Source of the DNA: Desulfobacula sp.
GTDB lineage: Bacteria; Desulfobacterota; Desulfobacteria; Desulfobacterales; Desulfobacteraceae
Direction: 5' to 3'
DNA length: 64,000 nucleotides
NCBI GenBank assembly: GCA_033852015.1
Contig: JAWSVH010000116.1
Coordinates: forward strand, 2,356-66,355
Both the position numbers and the translations under genes were made by a program. The notes beneath the pieces were generated by a model, which had not been told where the DNA came from, did no database searches, and worked only from the letters and a program-made list of their open reading frames with translations. Positions within the stretch are counted from its first letter, which is position 1. Each line of letters opens with the position of its first letter. Shown one piece after another: positions 9,941 through 18,739 of the stretch.

Positions 9941-11158
9941 ATGATTGACATAAAAGAGCTCAAAGATTCAAACGAATTTTTAAATATATTAATGCAGAAT
10001 ATTGACACGGCCGTTTTTATTGCAGATGAAAATCTGCGCATACACCAATTTAACGACAGCTTTCTAACTTTGTTTAATCAATCAACTTCAACGTCAAATC
10101 TTGTGGACATCACTTTTGGATCTGCATCTGGATGTATTAACGCAGTAAAAGAGAACCTACCATGTGGTGAAACCTCCGCTTGCCAATTTTGTGTTATTAA
10201 ACAATCTCTTATAAATACGTTAGCAACACAAGAGCCACATGAAAAAAAGTTTCTCGAACGTATTTTCTATGTTGAAGGCAGTCCTGTAAAAAAATATCTA
10301 GAATTTACATCCCGCCCCATCACCTTTAGGGATAAAAAAATGATTCTGGTCTTTGTATATGATGTCACCAAAATCGAATTATCAAAAATTCAACTCGAAG
10401 AAAAGCAAAAACAAATTGATATTGATCTGGAAAAAGCCGGTGAAATACAAAAACATCTTTTGCCCAAAAATGTTCCAAATATCCCATCCATAAGAGCAGA
10501 CTGGTTCTTTGAACCCTGTCTCGCTGTTGGAGGAGATATCTTCCATATTTACAAAGAAGATGAAACCCATGTCAGCGCCTATATGCTGGACGTCTGCGGA
10601 CATGGTGTCTCTGCCGCCCTGATCGCGGTCACGGCAAAGCAATTTTTAGATCAATTGCATGCCCAGGCCCTTGAACAGGGATATCCTTTCCCTCCGGAGA
10701 AAATATTAAATGCCCTGGAAGAGGAGTTCCCATTTGAACGATTTGATTGCTATTTCACTATTGCTTATGTCTTGCTTAATGTAAAAACCGGAAAGATAAT
10801 TTATGGCTGTGCCGGCCATGTACCCCCGCTTATTATCGGGCCGAATGATCACTTTGAGGTTTTGGACAAGCATGGTACGATTATCGGGTTAGGTCAGGAT
10901 CCACCTCTATCACAATATGAAGCCCAATTAAATCACGGAGACAAGATAATCCTCTACACAGATGGTTTAATCGATTACTTTGGAGAAAAAGGTGCCGTAG
11001 GAAATAAAGACAATTTTTATGCTGCTTTACAACGCATGGCTAACAAGCCTGCATACCAGATCGTCGACAGCATCATAGCAGAACAAAAAAAATTCCAGGA
11101 CAAACAACACACAGATGATGACATCACACTTCTGATAATTGAGTACACTGGAATTTAA
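9941..11158 (+). CDS. PP2C-type (SpoIIE/RsbU family) serine phosphatase with N-terminal PAS-like sensor carrying a Cys cluster
   Basis: C-terminal GGDIFHIY...YMLDVCGHGVSAAL...LYTDGL...DDITLLIIE motifs are typical of SpoIIE/PPM phosphatases. The N-terminal PAS-like region contains C-x9-C-x5-C-x2-C. Confidence 0.85.
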   Translation: MIDIKELKDSNEFLNILMQNIDTAVFIADENLRIHQFNDSFLTLFNQSTSTSNLVDITFGSASGCINAVKENLPCGETSACQFCVIKQSLINTLATQEPHEKKFLERIFYVEGSPVKKYLEFTSRPITFRDKKMILVFVYDVTKIELSKIQLEEKQKQIDIDLEKAGEIQKHLLPKNVPNIPSIRADWFFEPCLAVGGDIFHIYKEDETHVSAYMLDVCGHGVSAALIAVTAKQFLDQLHAQALEQGYPFPPEKILNALEEEFPFERFDCYFTIAYVLLNVKTGKIIYGCAGHVPPLIIGPNDHFEVLDKHGTIIGLGQDPPLSQYEAQLNHGDKIILYTDGLIDYFGEKGAVGNKDNFYAALQRMANKPAYQIVDSIIAEQKKFQDKQHTDDDITLLIIEYTGI

Positions 11159-11256
11159 AGAGAATCATTTATATTTTTTTATAAACTTTTTTGTAGAATT
11201 TTGTTAGTAAGTGATACAATGAATAAAAAATTCAACCAAAAATGGAATAAAAAAAT

Positions 11257-13047
11257 ATGACCTCCAAAGATCTTAAGAAAAAAAATTTGATCTCTCAATG
11301 GGCATTTGATACTCGCCCAATTCTCGGCAGACTGCATTTATGGATTGAAGATGTAGATATTAAATGGCTCAAAGGAAAGATGGACGATGAATTAAACGAC
11401 TCCATCTCCTTTACCGATGATAGAACCGAAAGAATGCTGGCAATGACATCGGCGGTTACCGCTCTTGGTACCAAATTATTTGGACGGTATGGCCAAGGCA
11501 AAGGCCTGGACAAAGATGCACTCAACCTGGTAAAAAAAGATGCAGACGCTATTTCTGCTTACACCATGAGCGAAAGCCTCTGGTATCTTTCTCGAACATT
11601 GCCAGAAAATCATGCCATCATGGTTTGCTTAGGCGAAGGCCTTATGCCAAAAGCGGGTGAATCTGCAGAAATGGGAGCCAATCCACTTCTAGGGTTTGGA
11701 CGAATCTATGCAAGACCCCAGGTTGCAAAATTCCTTGAAAGATGTGTCCGGAAAATGATCAATGACAAATCATATTTATGGGAAGATTTCAAAAAAGCTA
11801 TTGCACGCAAAGGCATTACTGTCTGGGGTGCAGCCATTGATACTTTAGAAAATACCTCACGATTTGCCAAAGGGGAAAAAACGGGTCCAATGAGCCTTTT
11901 TCATCTTTTTGATCAACCTTTGGCCATCACGGATCAATATGAAGGATACGTTGGGACACTTGTCTTACCCAAAGCCGTTGTAGAAACTGCCGCCTTAGAC
12001 TCTTTACTTGTCAATTATTTTACCCCCAGACAAAAAGTAGTCATCGCCATTAAAATGACCTATCCTGAAATTAAATCTGAACATATCCATGTATGGACCC
12101 TGCGGGGAAAACGTCGTGCACCCCGGATCGGAAAAATTTGGGCCGAATGGGAGTCTGCCGGAGCACATCTGGTGGATGAGAGCTGGACGCTTCCGACTGG
12201 GTTTGCTCCGTTCACAGATGCCGGAACATATGCCCCAACCTTTGCTGTTAAAACCTGGACCGATGAGAATAGTGACCTCCACCTATTCGTAGTGGATGGT
12301 TATGCAGCGTCGGCAGAAGCGATACAAGCAGCCAGTCTTGCCACCGTTCTTGATATTGATGTGTCCTTAGCCGTATTTTCCAGTAAATTTGCGCTCAGAT
12401 TTGATAAAGATGCAGCGAGTATGAAGTTAGACCCATATGCAGAAAACTTTTCCCAACAACTTAAAGAAAAACTTTTTGAAAAAGAGATTGATGATGACCT
12501 TGTAGAAACATACCGCCAAAGCATCATTCTGGCCAAAAATGCCGGTATCCCTCTTGAAAAAAGGACCATTACAGCAGATGATTTAATTTCTGAAAAAAAG
12601 TGGCAGACACTGGCCACATCCGGTTATATGCTTCCTGATCCTTATTCTGGATCAAACGGCGTCACTCAAACATCGAAGGATACATATTCAGTAACGGTAA
12701 GAATGTCTACCCGGAAGGCCGATAAATTAATCACCTTTAGCTTACGACTTATTAAAACATTTGAAGAGAGTAAACTTGTTTTTTCTCCACTTTTAAACCG
12801 CTTTTTAAAAGGAGAAGATTTTAAAACACGCGCCGTTAAAATCTCTGATTCTGGAAGAATTCGAAACGAGCTTCAAACCCTATGCACAGATGCTTTAGAA
12901 CACTTTGGAGACTCAATAATTTTACACCTTTCACAAATACCCAAAGCCACTATCGGTCAGGCAGAACAAAAAAACCTTAAGGCCATTTTAACCTGGTATA
13001 AAGAGAATTATCCTGTCTGGTTTGAATGGCTGGAACTCAAAAACTAA
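11257..13047 (+). CDS. Large conserved-looking hypothetical protein; possible divergent class II fructose-bisphosphatase (GlpX)-like fold with insertions
   Basis: 596-aa ORF. By-eye matches to E. coli GlpX blocks in the same order: VCLGEGL (GEGE), AIDTLENTSRFAKG (VDPIEGTRMTAMG), VWTLRGKRRAPRI..AGAHLVDE (ILAKPRH..GVRV..DGD), VVDGYAASAEAIQAASLA (GIGGAPEGVVSAAV), ITADDL..ATSG (GDM..ATGIT). The functional call is tentative. Confidence 0.6.
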   Translation: MTSKDLKKKNLISQWAFDTRPILGRLHLWIEDVDIKWLKGKMDDELNDSISFTDDRTERMLAMTSAVTALGTKLFGRYGQGKGLDKDALNLVKKDADAISAYTMSESLWYLSRTLPENHAIMVCLGEGLMPKAGESAEMGANPLLGFGRIYARPQVAKFLERCVRKMINDKSYLWEDFKKAIARKGITVWGAAIDTLENTSRFAKGEKTGPMSLFHLFDQPLAITDQYEGYVGTLVLPKAVVETAALDSLLVNYFTPRQKVVIAIKMTYPEIKSEHIHVWTLRGKRRAPRIGKIWAEWESAGAHLVDESWTLPTGFAPFTDAGTYAPTFAVKTWTDENSDLHLFVVDGYAASAEAIQAASLATVLDIDVSLAVFSSKFALRFDKDAASMKLDPYAENFSQQLKEKLFEKEIDDDLVETYRQSIILAKNAGIPLEKRTITADDLISEKKWQTLATSGYMLPDPYSGSNGVTQTSKDTYSVTVRMSTRKADKLITFSLRLIKTFEESKLVFSPLLNRFLKGEDFKTRAVKISDSGRIRNELQTLCTDALEHFGDSIILHLSQIPKATIGQAEQKNLKAILTWYKENYPVWFEWLELKN

Positions 13048-13059
13048 TGGAGCATAATA

Positions 13060-13464
13060 ATGAGTGAATATAAAGTAAGTTTTCCAGGGAATAAGAAAGT
13101 GGATGTTGCTTATAAGAACTTTGAAATCAAAACGGATCAACTAAAGGAAAACCACGGAGATGAAACAGCTCCCGAACCTTTTGCCTTGTTCTTGTCATCG
13201 ATAGCAGCTTGCGCGGGAATATTTGCAAAGTCTTTTTGTGATGTCCGAAAAATTGACACAAACGGCATGCATCTCGTTTTAGAACCGATATTCAAAGAAA
13301 AACAAAAACTTATAGAACAGATCAATATCACGCTTCATGTTAACCAACAATTTCCGGAAAAATATATCAAAGCTGTGATAAAGGCTATGGATGGGTGTGC
13401 GGTGAAAAACCAGCTGCATCCAGATATTAAAACCCATACGGCGATCGCTTATCTGAACACTTAG
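13060..13464 (+). CDS. OsmC/Ohr-family protein
   Basis: 134 aa with PEPFALFLSSIAACAGIF and a second Cys region (MDGCAV), typical of the OsmC fold. GGAG RBS. Starts 12 nt after the preceding gene. Confidence 0.85.
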   Translation: MSEYKVSFPGNKKVDVAYKNFEIKTDQLKENHGDETAPEPFALFLSSIAACAGIFAKSFCDVRKIDTNGMHLVLEPIFKEKQKLIEQINITLHVNQQFPEKYIKAVIKAMDGCAVKNQLHPDIKTHTAIAYLNT

Positions 13465-13492
13465 TTGTTCATTTACGCTTGTCCGATATCGA

Positions 13493-13663
13493 TTATCCGG
13501 TCGTCCTTAAAAAACTATCCAACGCCTCGATTAAGATATTAGACAATGACGTCTCTTTTTCCTGGGCAATTTTCACCACCCTTTCAGCCATGGCACAGGG
13601 AAGTTCTATTGTGATACTCTTTGTTGGATCGGTACATTCATTTAAGATCTGATCATCATTCAT
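13493..13663 (-). CDS. Small ribbon-helix-helix (CopG/Arc-like) protein, 56 aa, below the ORF-track cutoff
   Basis: My translation: MNDDQILNECTDPTKSITIELPCAMAERVVKIAQEKETSLSNILIEALDSFLRTTG. The beta-strand then helix-turn-helix pattern (ITIELP..A..V...A......S.S.IL.EAL..FL) is typical of RHH. AAGGAAA upstream. Confidence 0.4.
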   Translation of the reverse strand: MNDDQILNECTDPTKSITIELPCAMAERVVKIAQEKETSLSNILIEALDSFLRTTG

Positions 13664-13840
13664 CTTTTTAATATTTCCTTTTTTATAAAAATATTAAATA
13701 CCCCAAGCCTTTTGTAAAAGCAATTTATAAAAATAAGAACCCTTTTTTTAAGACAGTGCAAACATAAGACACATATGATAAAATAATAGCCATATCCATC
13801 AGAACATATTGAGTTCCATTTTCAAATGCGGGGAGGAAAA

Positions 13841-14956
13841 ATGGCACTGTCATTTATGGAAGGAAACGAAGCCCTGGCCAGAGGAGCCATAAAAGCGGGA
13901 TGTAATTTCTTTGCAGGCTACCCAATTACACCGGCAACCACCATCTTCAATAAAATGCTCGAGTACCTCCCCCCAGATGGCGGCATTTGTCTCCAGGGGG
14001 AAGACGAAATCGCATCGATGGGATATTGCCTTGGTGCCTCCATGGCAGGCAAAAAAGCATTGACCGCAACCAGTGGCCCGGGAATCAGTCTTTACAGTGA
14101 ACAGATTTCTTTTGCCATTGGCAGCGAAATTCCAATCGTCATCGTTGATGTACAGCGCCTTGGCCCTTCAACCGGCTCTGCAACCCGGGGAGCAGATAGT
14201 GACATTCAATTTTTAAGATGGGGCAACACCGGCGGAGTTCCCGTGATTGTACTCGCCCCCACGGATGCACTGGACTGCTATATTCTTGCAATTCATGCCT
14301 TTAATTTTGCAGAGGAATTCAGATGCCCTGTTTTTATTGCCTCCAACAAAGAGATCGGCCTGACAAAAGAGAGCATTGATCTTGAGTCTATTACACTTCC
14401 TGCAATTGTTGAGAGAAAACAGGCCGCACAGGCAAACTTTTTACCCTTTAACGCTAAAAAAGATGCTGCCCCTCCCTTTCTTCCCATTGGCGGAAAAACA
14501 CTTGTCAGGCAGACGTCATCTACCCATGGCCCGGATGGCTATATTACCATTGATCCGGATATAATTTCATCAAACCAAAACCGACTACGAAATAAAATTC
14601 ATTCAGCACAAGATCGAATTACCCTATTTGAAGAACAGATTTACCCCGATTCTGATGCACTGATCATCTGCTATGGCGTCACTTCCCGGACAGTGAAAGA
14701 CGCTGCAAAACAGCTTAGAAAAAAAGGAAAAATAATTTCTACTCTTACTTTAAAAACCTTGTGGCCAATTCCCATGAATCTTCTAAACCAGACGGCAAAA
14801 CCCTTTAAACGTATCATTGTCATTGAGATGAACCTGGGTCAATATGTTAATGAAATCAGACGGGTTCTTTGCGGAAAAAAAATTGAATTTTATGGCCAGA
14901 TGAACGGATTACTGATCCCACCGTCTAAGATCATGGAGGTTGTTGAAAATGGATAA
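13841..14956 (+). CDS. 2-oxoacid:ferredoxin oxidoreductase, alpha subunit
   Basis: GNEALARGAIKAGCNFFAGYPITPAT and TATSGPGISL motifs. Start set at ATG 13841, directly after GGGGAGGAAAA. Confidence 0.9.
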   Translation: MALSFMEGNEALARGAIKAGCNFFAGYPITPATTIFNKMLEYLPPDGGICLQGEDEIASMGYCLGASMAGKKALTATSGPGISLYSEQISFAIGSEIPIVIVDVQRLGPSTGSATRGADSDIQFLRWGNTGGVPVIVLAPTDALDCYILAIHAFNFAEEFRCPVFIASNKEIGLTKESIDLESITLPAIVERKQAAQANFLPFNAKKDAAPPFLPIGGKTLVRQTSSTHGPDGYITIDPDIISSNQNRLRNKIHSAQDRITLFEEQIYPDSDALIICYGVTSRTVKDAAKQLRKKGKIISTLTLKTLWPIPMNLLNQTAKPFKRIIVIEMNLGQYVNEIRRVLCGKKIEFYGQMNGLLIPPSKIMEVVENG

Positions 14957-16250
14957 CTTCTTGAACAAAACCAGACCGCCGGTATATTGTCCCGGATGTA
15001 CCCATGAAAAAATAACCAATGGCCTTGATCAGGCATTTGGACGATTAAAACTTTCTGCTGATCAAATTGTCATAGTTACGGATATTGGGTGTTCCGGCCT
15101 TTTTGACACCTTTTTTAATGTCCATGCCCTCCATGGAACACATGGCCGGGCATTAACCTATGCTGCGGGAATAAAACTTGCCAATCCAGGTTTAAAGGTA
15201 ATTGTCACCATGGGGGATGGTGGTTTAGGGATCGGTGGTGCACACGTGTTATCCGCCTGTAGACGCAACCTTGATCTTACTTTGATTATTCTCAATAATT
15301 TTAACTTCGGAATGACTGGCGGGCAATATTCAGCTACGACACCCACAGATGCTGTTACAAGCTCTGGATTCTTAAACCAGGCTGAGATCCCCTTAGATAT
15401 CTGTGCAATCGCTAAAAGTGCCGGAGCCACCTATATTGACAGATGTTCAGGCTTTGATACAAATCTGAGCCACAAACTGGCCAATGCAATAAACCATAGT
15501 GGATTTTCAATCATTGAAACCCTTGGCATGTGTACAGGCCGATATACAAAAAAGAATCGACTCACCCCTAAAACAATTGATCAAATGCTGATCAAAATGC
15601 CGAAATCCCCAGGCATAATAGAAGAGAACATACGCCCCGAATACGGCGAACAATATCGCAAGTTTGCTAAACAAACCCCTCCGGTTTCGCCCCCCATTGC
15701 AATTAAAAAAAAGGTGACTATAAAAAACTACCTGCGACAAGAGGTCGTTATCCTTGGCAGTGCCGGCATGCGAATTATAACTGCGGGTGATATTGTCGGC
15801 TATGCAGGGCTTTTTGCCGGCCTAAATGTATCTGTAAAAAATGATTATAATATTACCGTTCTGAGGGGACCATCCGTGAGCGAAATTATAATTTCGCCTC
15901 AAAAGATTGAATATCCAGGGATAAAAGCGCCTGATGTTATTGTCGCTATAAGCAATGAGGGCGTTATGCGTCGAAAAGAAATATTTAAATCCCTTACAAA
16001 AAGCACATTAATTCTAAAAGAAAAAAATGTATCCATTCCTGAAACAATCGCAAATACTATTGAGATTGATTTTAAGATATTCGATATTAAAAAAATAGAC
16101 TGGGCACTGGCATGCCTTGGGATAATCGCCCAAAAAAACGAAACGATTAACAGCGAAATATTAACATATGCCTTACACGCTCGACTTGATCCATCCCACC
16201 TGAATAAAACAATGGAACTCATTGAAAAAACAAGGCTTTTAGATTTATAA
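14949..16250 (+). CDS. 2-oxoacid:ferredoxin oxidoreductase, beta (TPP-binding) subunit fused to a gamma-type domain
   Basis: YCPGCTHE and GDGGLGIGGAH...NNFNFGMTGGQ (TPP motif) in the first ~250 aa. The C-terminal ~170 aa (VVILGSAGMRIITAGDIVGYAG..) resembles the POR/KOR gamma subunit. ATG 14949 overlaps the alpha stop and follows GGAGG. Confidence 0.88.
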   Translation: MDNFLNKTRPPVYCPGCTHEKITNGLDQAFGRLKLSADQIVIVTDIGCSGLFDTFFNVHALHGTHGRALTYAAGIKLANPGLKVIVTMGDGGLGIGGAHVLSACRRNLDLTLIILNNFNFGMTGGQYSATTPTDAVTSSGFLNQAEIPLDICAIAKSAGATYIDRCSGFDTNLSHKLANAINHSGFSIIETLGMCTGRYTKKNRLTPKTIDQMLIKMPKSPGIIEENIRPEYGEQYRKFAKQTPPVSPPIAIKKKVTIKNYLRQEVVILGSAGMRIITAGDIVGYAGLFAGLNVSVKNDYNITVLRGPSVSEIIISPQKIEYPGIKAPDVIVAISNEGVMRRKEIFKSLTKSTLILKEKNVSIPETIANTIEIDFKIFDIKKIDWALACLGIIAQKNETINSEILTYALHARLDPSHLNKTMELIEKTRLLDL

Positions 16251-16466
16251 ATATCATATGAAAAAAAATACCTATGTTCAAAAACGTGAAACCCCTATTG
16301 TAAATATACACACCAACGGCCCAAATAAAATTGGTAAGTTTTTACACCAAAAATATGTAAAAAATTTCCTAAAATGATTATGAATCTTTTTCACTATATT
16401 TGGTTTTTTTATTTAAATATAGTAAAAACAGAAGGTTCTAATATTTATAAAAGTTATCTCCATTAC

Positions 16467-16482
16467 TGGCACGAAAATCGCT
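16467..16482 (+). promoter_or_regulatory. Candidate sigma-54 promoter (TGGCAC-N5-TCGCT)
   Basis: TGGCACGAAAATCGCT matches the -24 GG / -12 GC spacing of the consensus TGGCAC-N5-TTGCW. Lies 93 nt upstream of the 16575 ATG. Confidence 0.35.
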
Positions 16483-16574
16483 TTATAATTTTGAAATTCT
16501 TCAGGCATTGTGCAGAAAATTTACATATCGTTTTTTTAACATGAATCTAAAACTCTTGGAAGGAAACCTGTAGT

Positions 16575-16970
16575 ATGAACGATTTTTTACAAAGCCTTCG
16601 CAACGGCAATCCTCAAACACAAAGACCTGGAATGACACGTAAAACATATGACCACACGTATCATTCTACCAATCAACAATTTCAATATTATAATAAGCAG
16701 CATAGCAACAATACCAATCAAGGAGACCAAGGTTCTTCTGATCGGCAGAGCGTCTCACAAGAAGGAAGTGATGCTTCTTCTTCTTTACTTTTATATACCA
16801 TTCAAAATTTATCACAACAGATTGAAACACTGGCTTCAAATCAGGACCAACTAATCAAAATACAAGAGAAAACAACCAATGTCATAGAAAGACAAACAAA
16901 CGCAATTGAAAAGATCATAAAACATCTGGAATTGTCTCCCAAACCATTGGCCAAAAAACAAAAGAAATAG
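16575..16970 (+). CDS. Hypothetical Q/N/S-rich protein with C-terminal coiled-coil
   Basis: 131-aa ORF with GGAAGGAAA RBS. Low-complexity N-terminal half, heptad-like C-terminal half (LSQQIETLASNQDQLIKIQEKTTNVIERQTNAIEKIIKHL). Confidence 0.55.
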   Translation: MNDFLQSLRNGNPQTQRPGMTRKTYDHTYHSTNQQFQYYNKQHSNNTNQGDQGSSDRQSVSQEGSDASSSLLLYTIQNLSQQIETLASNQDQLIKIQEKTTNVIERQTNAIEKIIKHLELSPKPLAKKQKK

Positions 16971-16978
16971 TATTTTAA

Positions 16979-18043
16979 TCAGCCGACCTTATTAATTATC
17001 TGATCTGCAAGCTTAATAAGATTTTTCACCCGTAAATCCCAAGATTCAAATCTTTTGTCCTGGGTTTGGCCATGAAAAAATCTATAATAAATCTGTTGAA
17101 CAATAGCAGCCAGACGAAACACACCGAATGTATGATAGAAGCTGAAATTATCTATTTTACGGCCACAAAGCTGTTCATAGTGTCTGACCATCTCCTCTCG
17201 GGTCAAAGCACCTGGCACATTTGAAGGCACATCTCGCCAGGTGTTGAGCATATCAGGATCACCGGATTGGACCCAATATCCCAACGATGCACCAAAGTCC
17301 ATTAAGGGATCACCGATGGTCGCCATCTCCCAATCCAAAACACCAACAACTCTAAATGGATTTTGGGGATCTAAAATAACATTATCAAATTTAAAGTCAT
17401 TGTGAATGATCGCACCTGGGCCTGACTTTTTTGGCATATTGTCCAGCAGCCAGGTTATAACTTTTTTTGCGCCCGGCGCACCAGGGGTTAAAGCTTTCTG
17501 ATATCGATAAGCCCACCCTTCCACCTGGCGCTTAACATATCCTTCAGGTTTCCCAAAGTCTTCCAGACCAATTTCTTTATAATCAATGGCATGAAGGTCA
17601 TATTGCACTTTAAGAACGGTTTCAAACAATCGGGTAACATTTTGGGGAGACATATTCAGTTCTTTTGGAAAACTCTTCCGAATGATAATACCACTGATCC
17701 GCTCCATTAAATAAAACGGGCAACCTAAAATACTCTCGTCCTCTGTATATAATAATGGTCTAGGACAATAGGGATAAACATCCTTTAACGCACTGAGTAT
17801 CCGATATTCACGACCCATATCATGTGCAGATTTTGCTTTTGTACCATGCGGTGGGCATCGAAGTACCATTTGTTTTTCACCGATACAAACCAAATAGGTA
17901 AGATTAGAATGTCCACTGGGAAACTGATGAATTGTAACAGACCCCTCAAGCCCTTTAATTTCATCACGGATAAAAGACTCAATTTTTTTTAAAGGTAATT
18001 CTTCACCTTCCCGAATATTAGATGCCTTATCAATCAACGCCAT
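16979..18043 (-). CDS. Phosphotransferase-family kinase of the ACAD10/ACAD11 N-terminal (APH-like) type
   Basis: HQFPSGHSNLTYLV, catalytic IHNDFKFDNVILD and VLDWEMATIGDPLMDF motifs, plus GYVKRQVEGW, characteristic of the ACAD10/11-like and LvaA-like branch of APH kinases. AAGGAAA RBS. Confidence 0.88.
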   Translation of the reverse strand: MALIDKASNIREGEELPLKKIESFIRDEIKGLEGSVTIHQFPSGHSNLTYLVCIGEKQMVLRCPPHGTKAKSAHDMGREYRILSALKDVYPYCPRPLLYTEDESILGCPFYLMERISGIIIRKSFPKELNMSPQNVTRLFETVLKVQYDLHAIDYKEIGLEDFGKPEGYVKRQVEGWAYRYQKALTPGAPGAKKVITWLLDNMPKKSGPGAIIHNDFKFDNVILDPQNPFRVVGVLDWEMATIGDPLMDFGASLGYWVQSGDPDMLNTWRDVPSNVPGALTREEMVRHYEQLCGRKIDNFSFYHTFGVFRLAAIVQQIYYRFFHGQTQDKRFESWDLRVKNLIKLADQIINKVG

Positions 18044-18150
18044 GAAAATTTCCTTTTTTGCTTATTTGAGTTTATACCACCAACCCGATGTTAAATATCT
18101 TAAAATCTGTCGGTATCATGAATAAAATTTATATTAATAATATCATTCAT

Positions 18151-18185
18151 GTCAATAAAAAATAACGTACGTTCGTTTTTTCAAA
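18151..18185 (-). promoter_or_regulatory. Copy a of the conserved palindromic promoter/operator element (upstream of the kinase gene)
   Basis: Gene-direction sequence TTTGAAAAAACGAACGTACGTTATTTTTTATTGAC, then A completing TTGACA, then 16 nt, then TATAAA. Shares the 13-nt core AAAAAACGAACGT with three other sites. Confidence 0.55.
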
Positions 18186-18739
18186 TGGATCTTCTTCATT
18201 GACTTTAAAGTCATATCTTTTATGTCCCACCATATGAAACAAAATCAAAGAGACCGTTGATATTGGCAAATTTGGCAGGGGTACATTTACCGGCGTGAAA
18301 ACAAATAGCAAAACCTAAAAATCGTTTTTTTTCAATTCACAGACACCTCTTATTTAATTTAAATTCATTCAGAAAAGCTTCTATTTTAATAGATATAATG
18401 ATCTGTTTTTCCCTGTTCGATAAGAATGCTCATTTCATAAAATTATAAAATATTTATTGACATGCATATTGTCTCCAATTATAAACTATTTCAGTGATTC
18501 GGTTAATTAAATTAGGATTTGTCCAATAAATGATTACACATAATAATATACTATTCATTGGGATGTAACTTTAAATTATTAAATAATTAGGAAACTATTT
18601 TAATCAGACAATCTGATTAATTAAAATATACTTTTACACATTATTTTTTCCTGAAACGAGCGTGCATTCTGGTGATAAAAAATTCACCACATAGAATAAT
18701 CACTCTATAATTTTAACTTTTTTATTTTGGAGATGCACT

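Noticed and set aside
16259-16378. 39-codon ORF (MKKNTYVQKRETPIVNIHTNGPNKIGKFLHQKYVKNFLK) right after the OFOR genes
   Set aside because: No SD-like sequence and AT-rich, lysine-rich composition typical of random ORFs in intergenic DNA.
18236-18330. GC-richer patch whose minus strand reads GFAICFHAGKCTPAKFANINGLFDFVSYGGT* without stops
   Set aside because: It is only ~31 codons, bounded by a stop upstream, with no start or RBS and no family I can recognise. It may be a gene relic, but the evidence is too thin.
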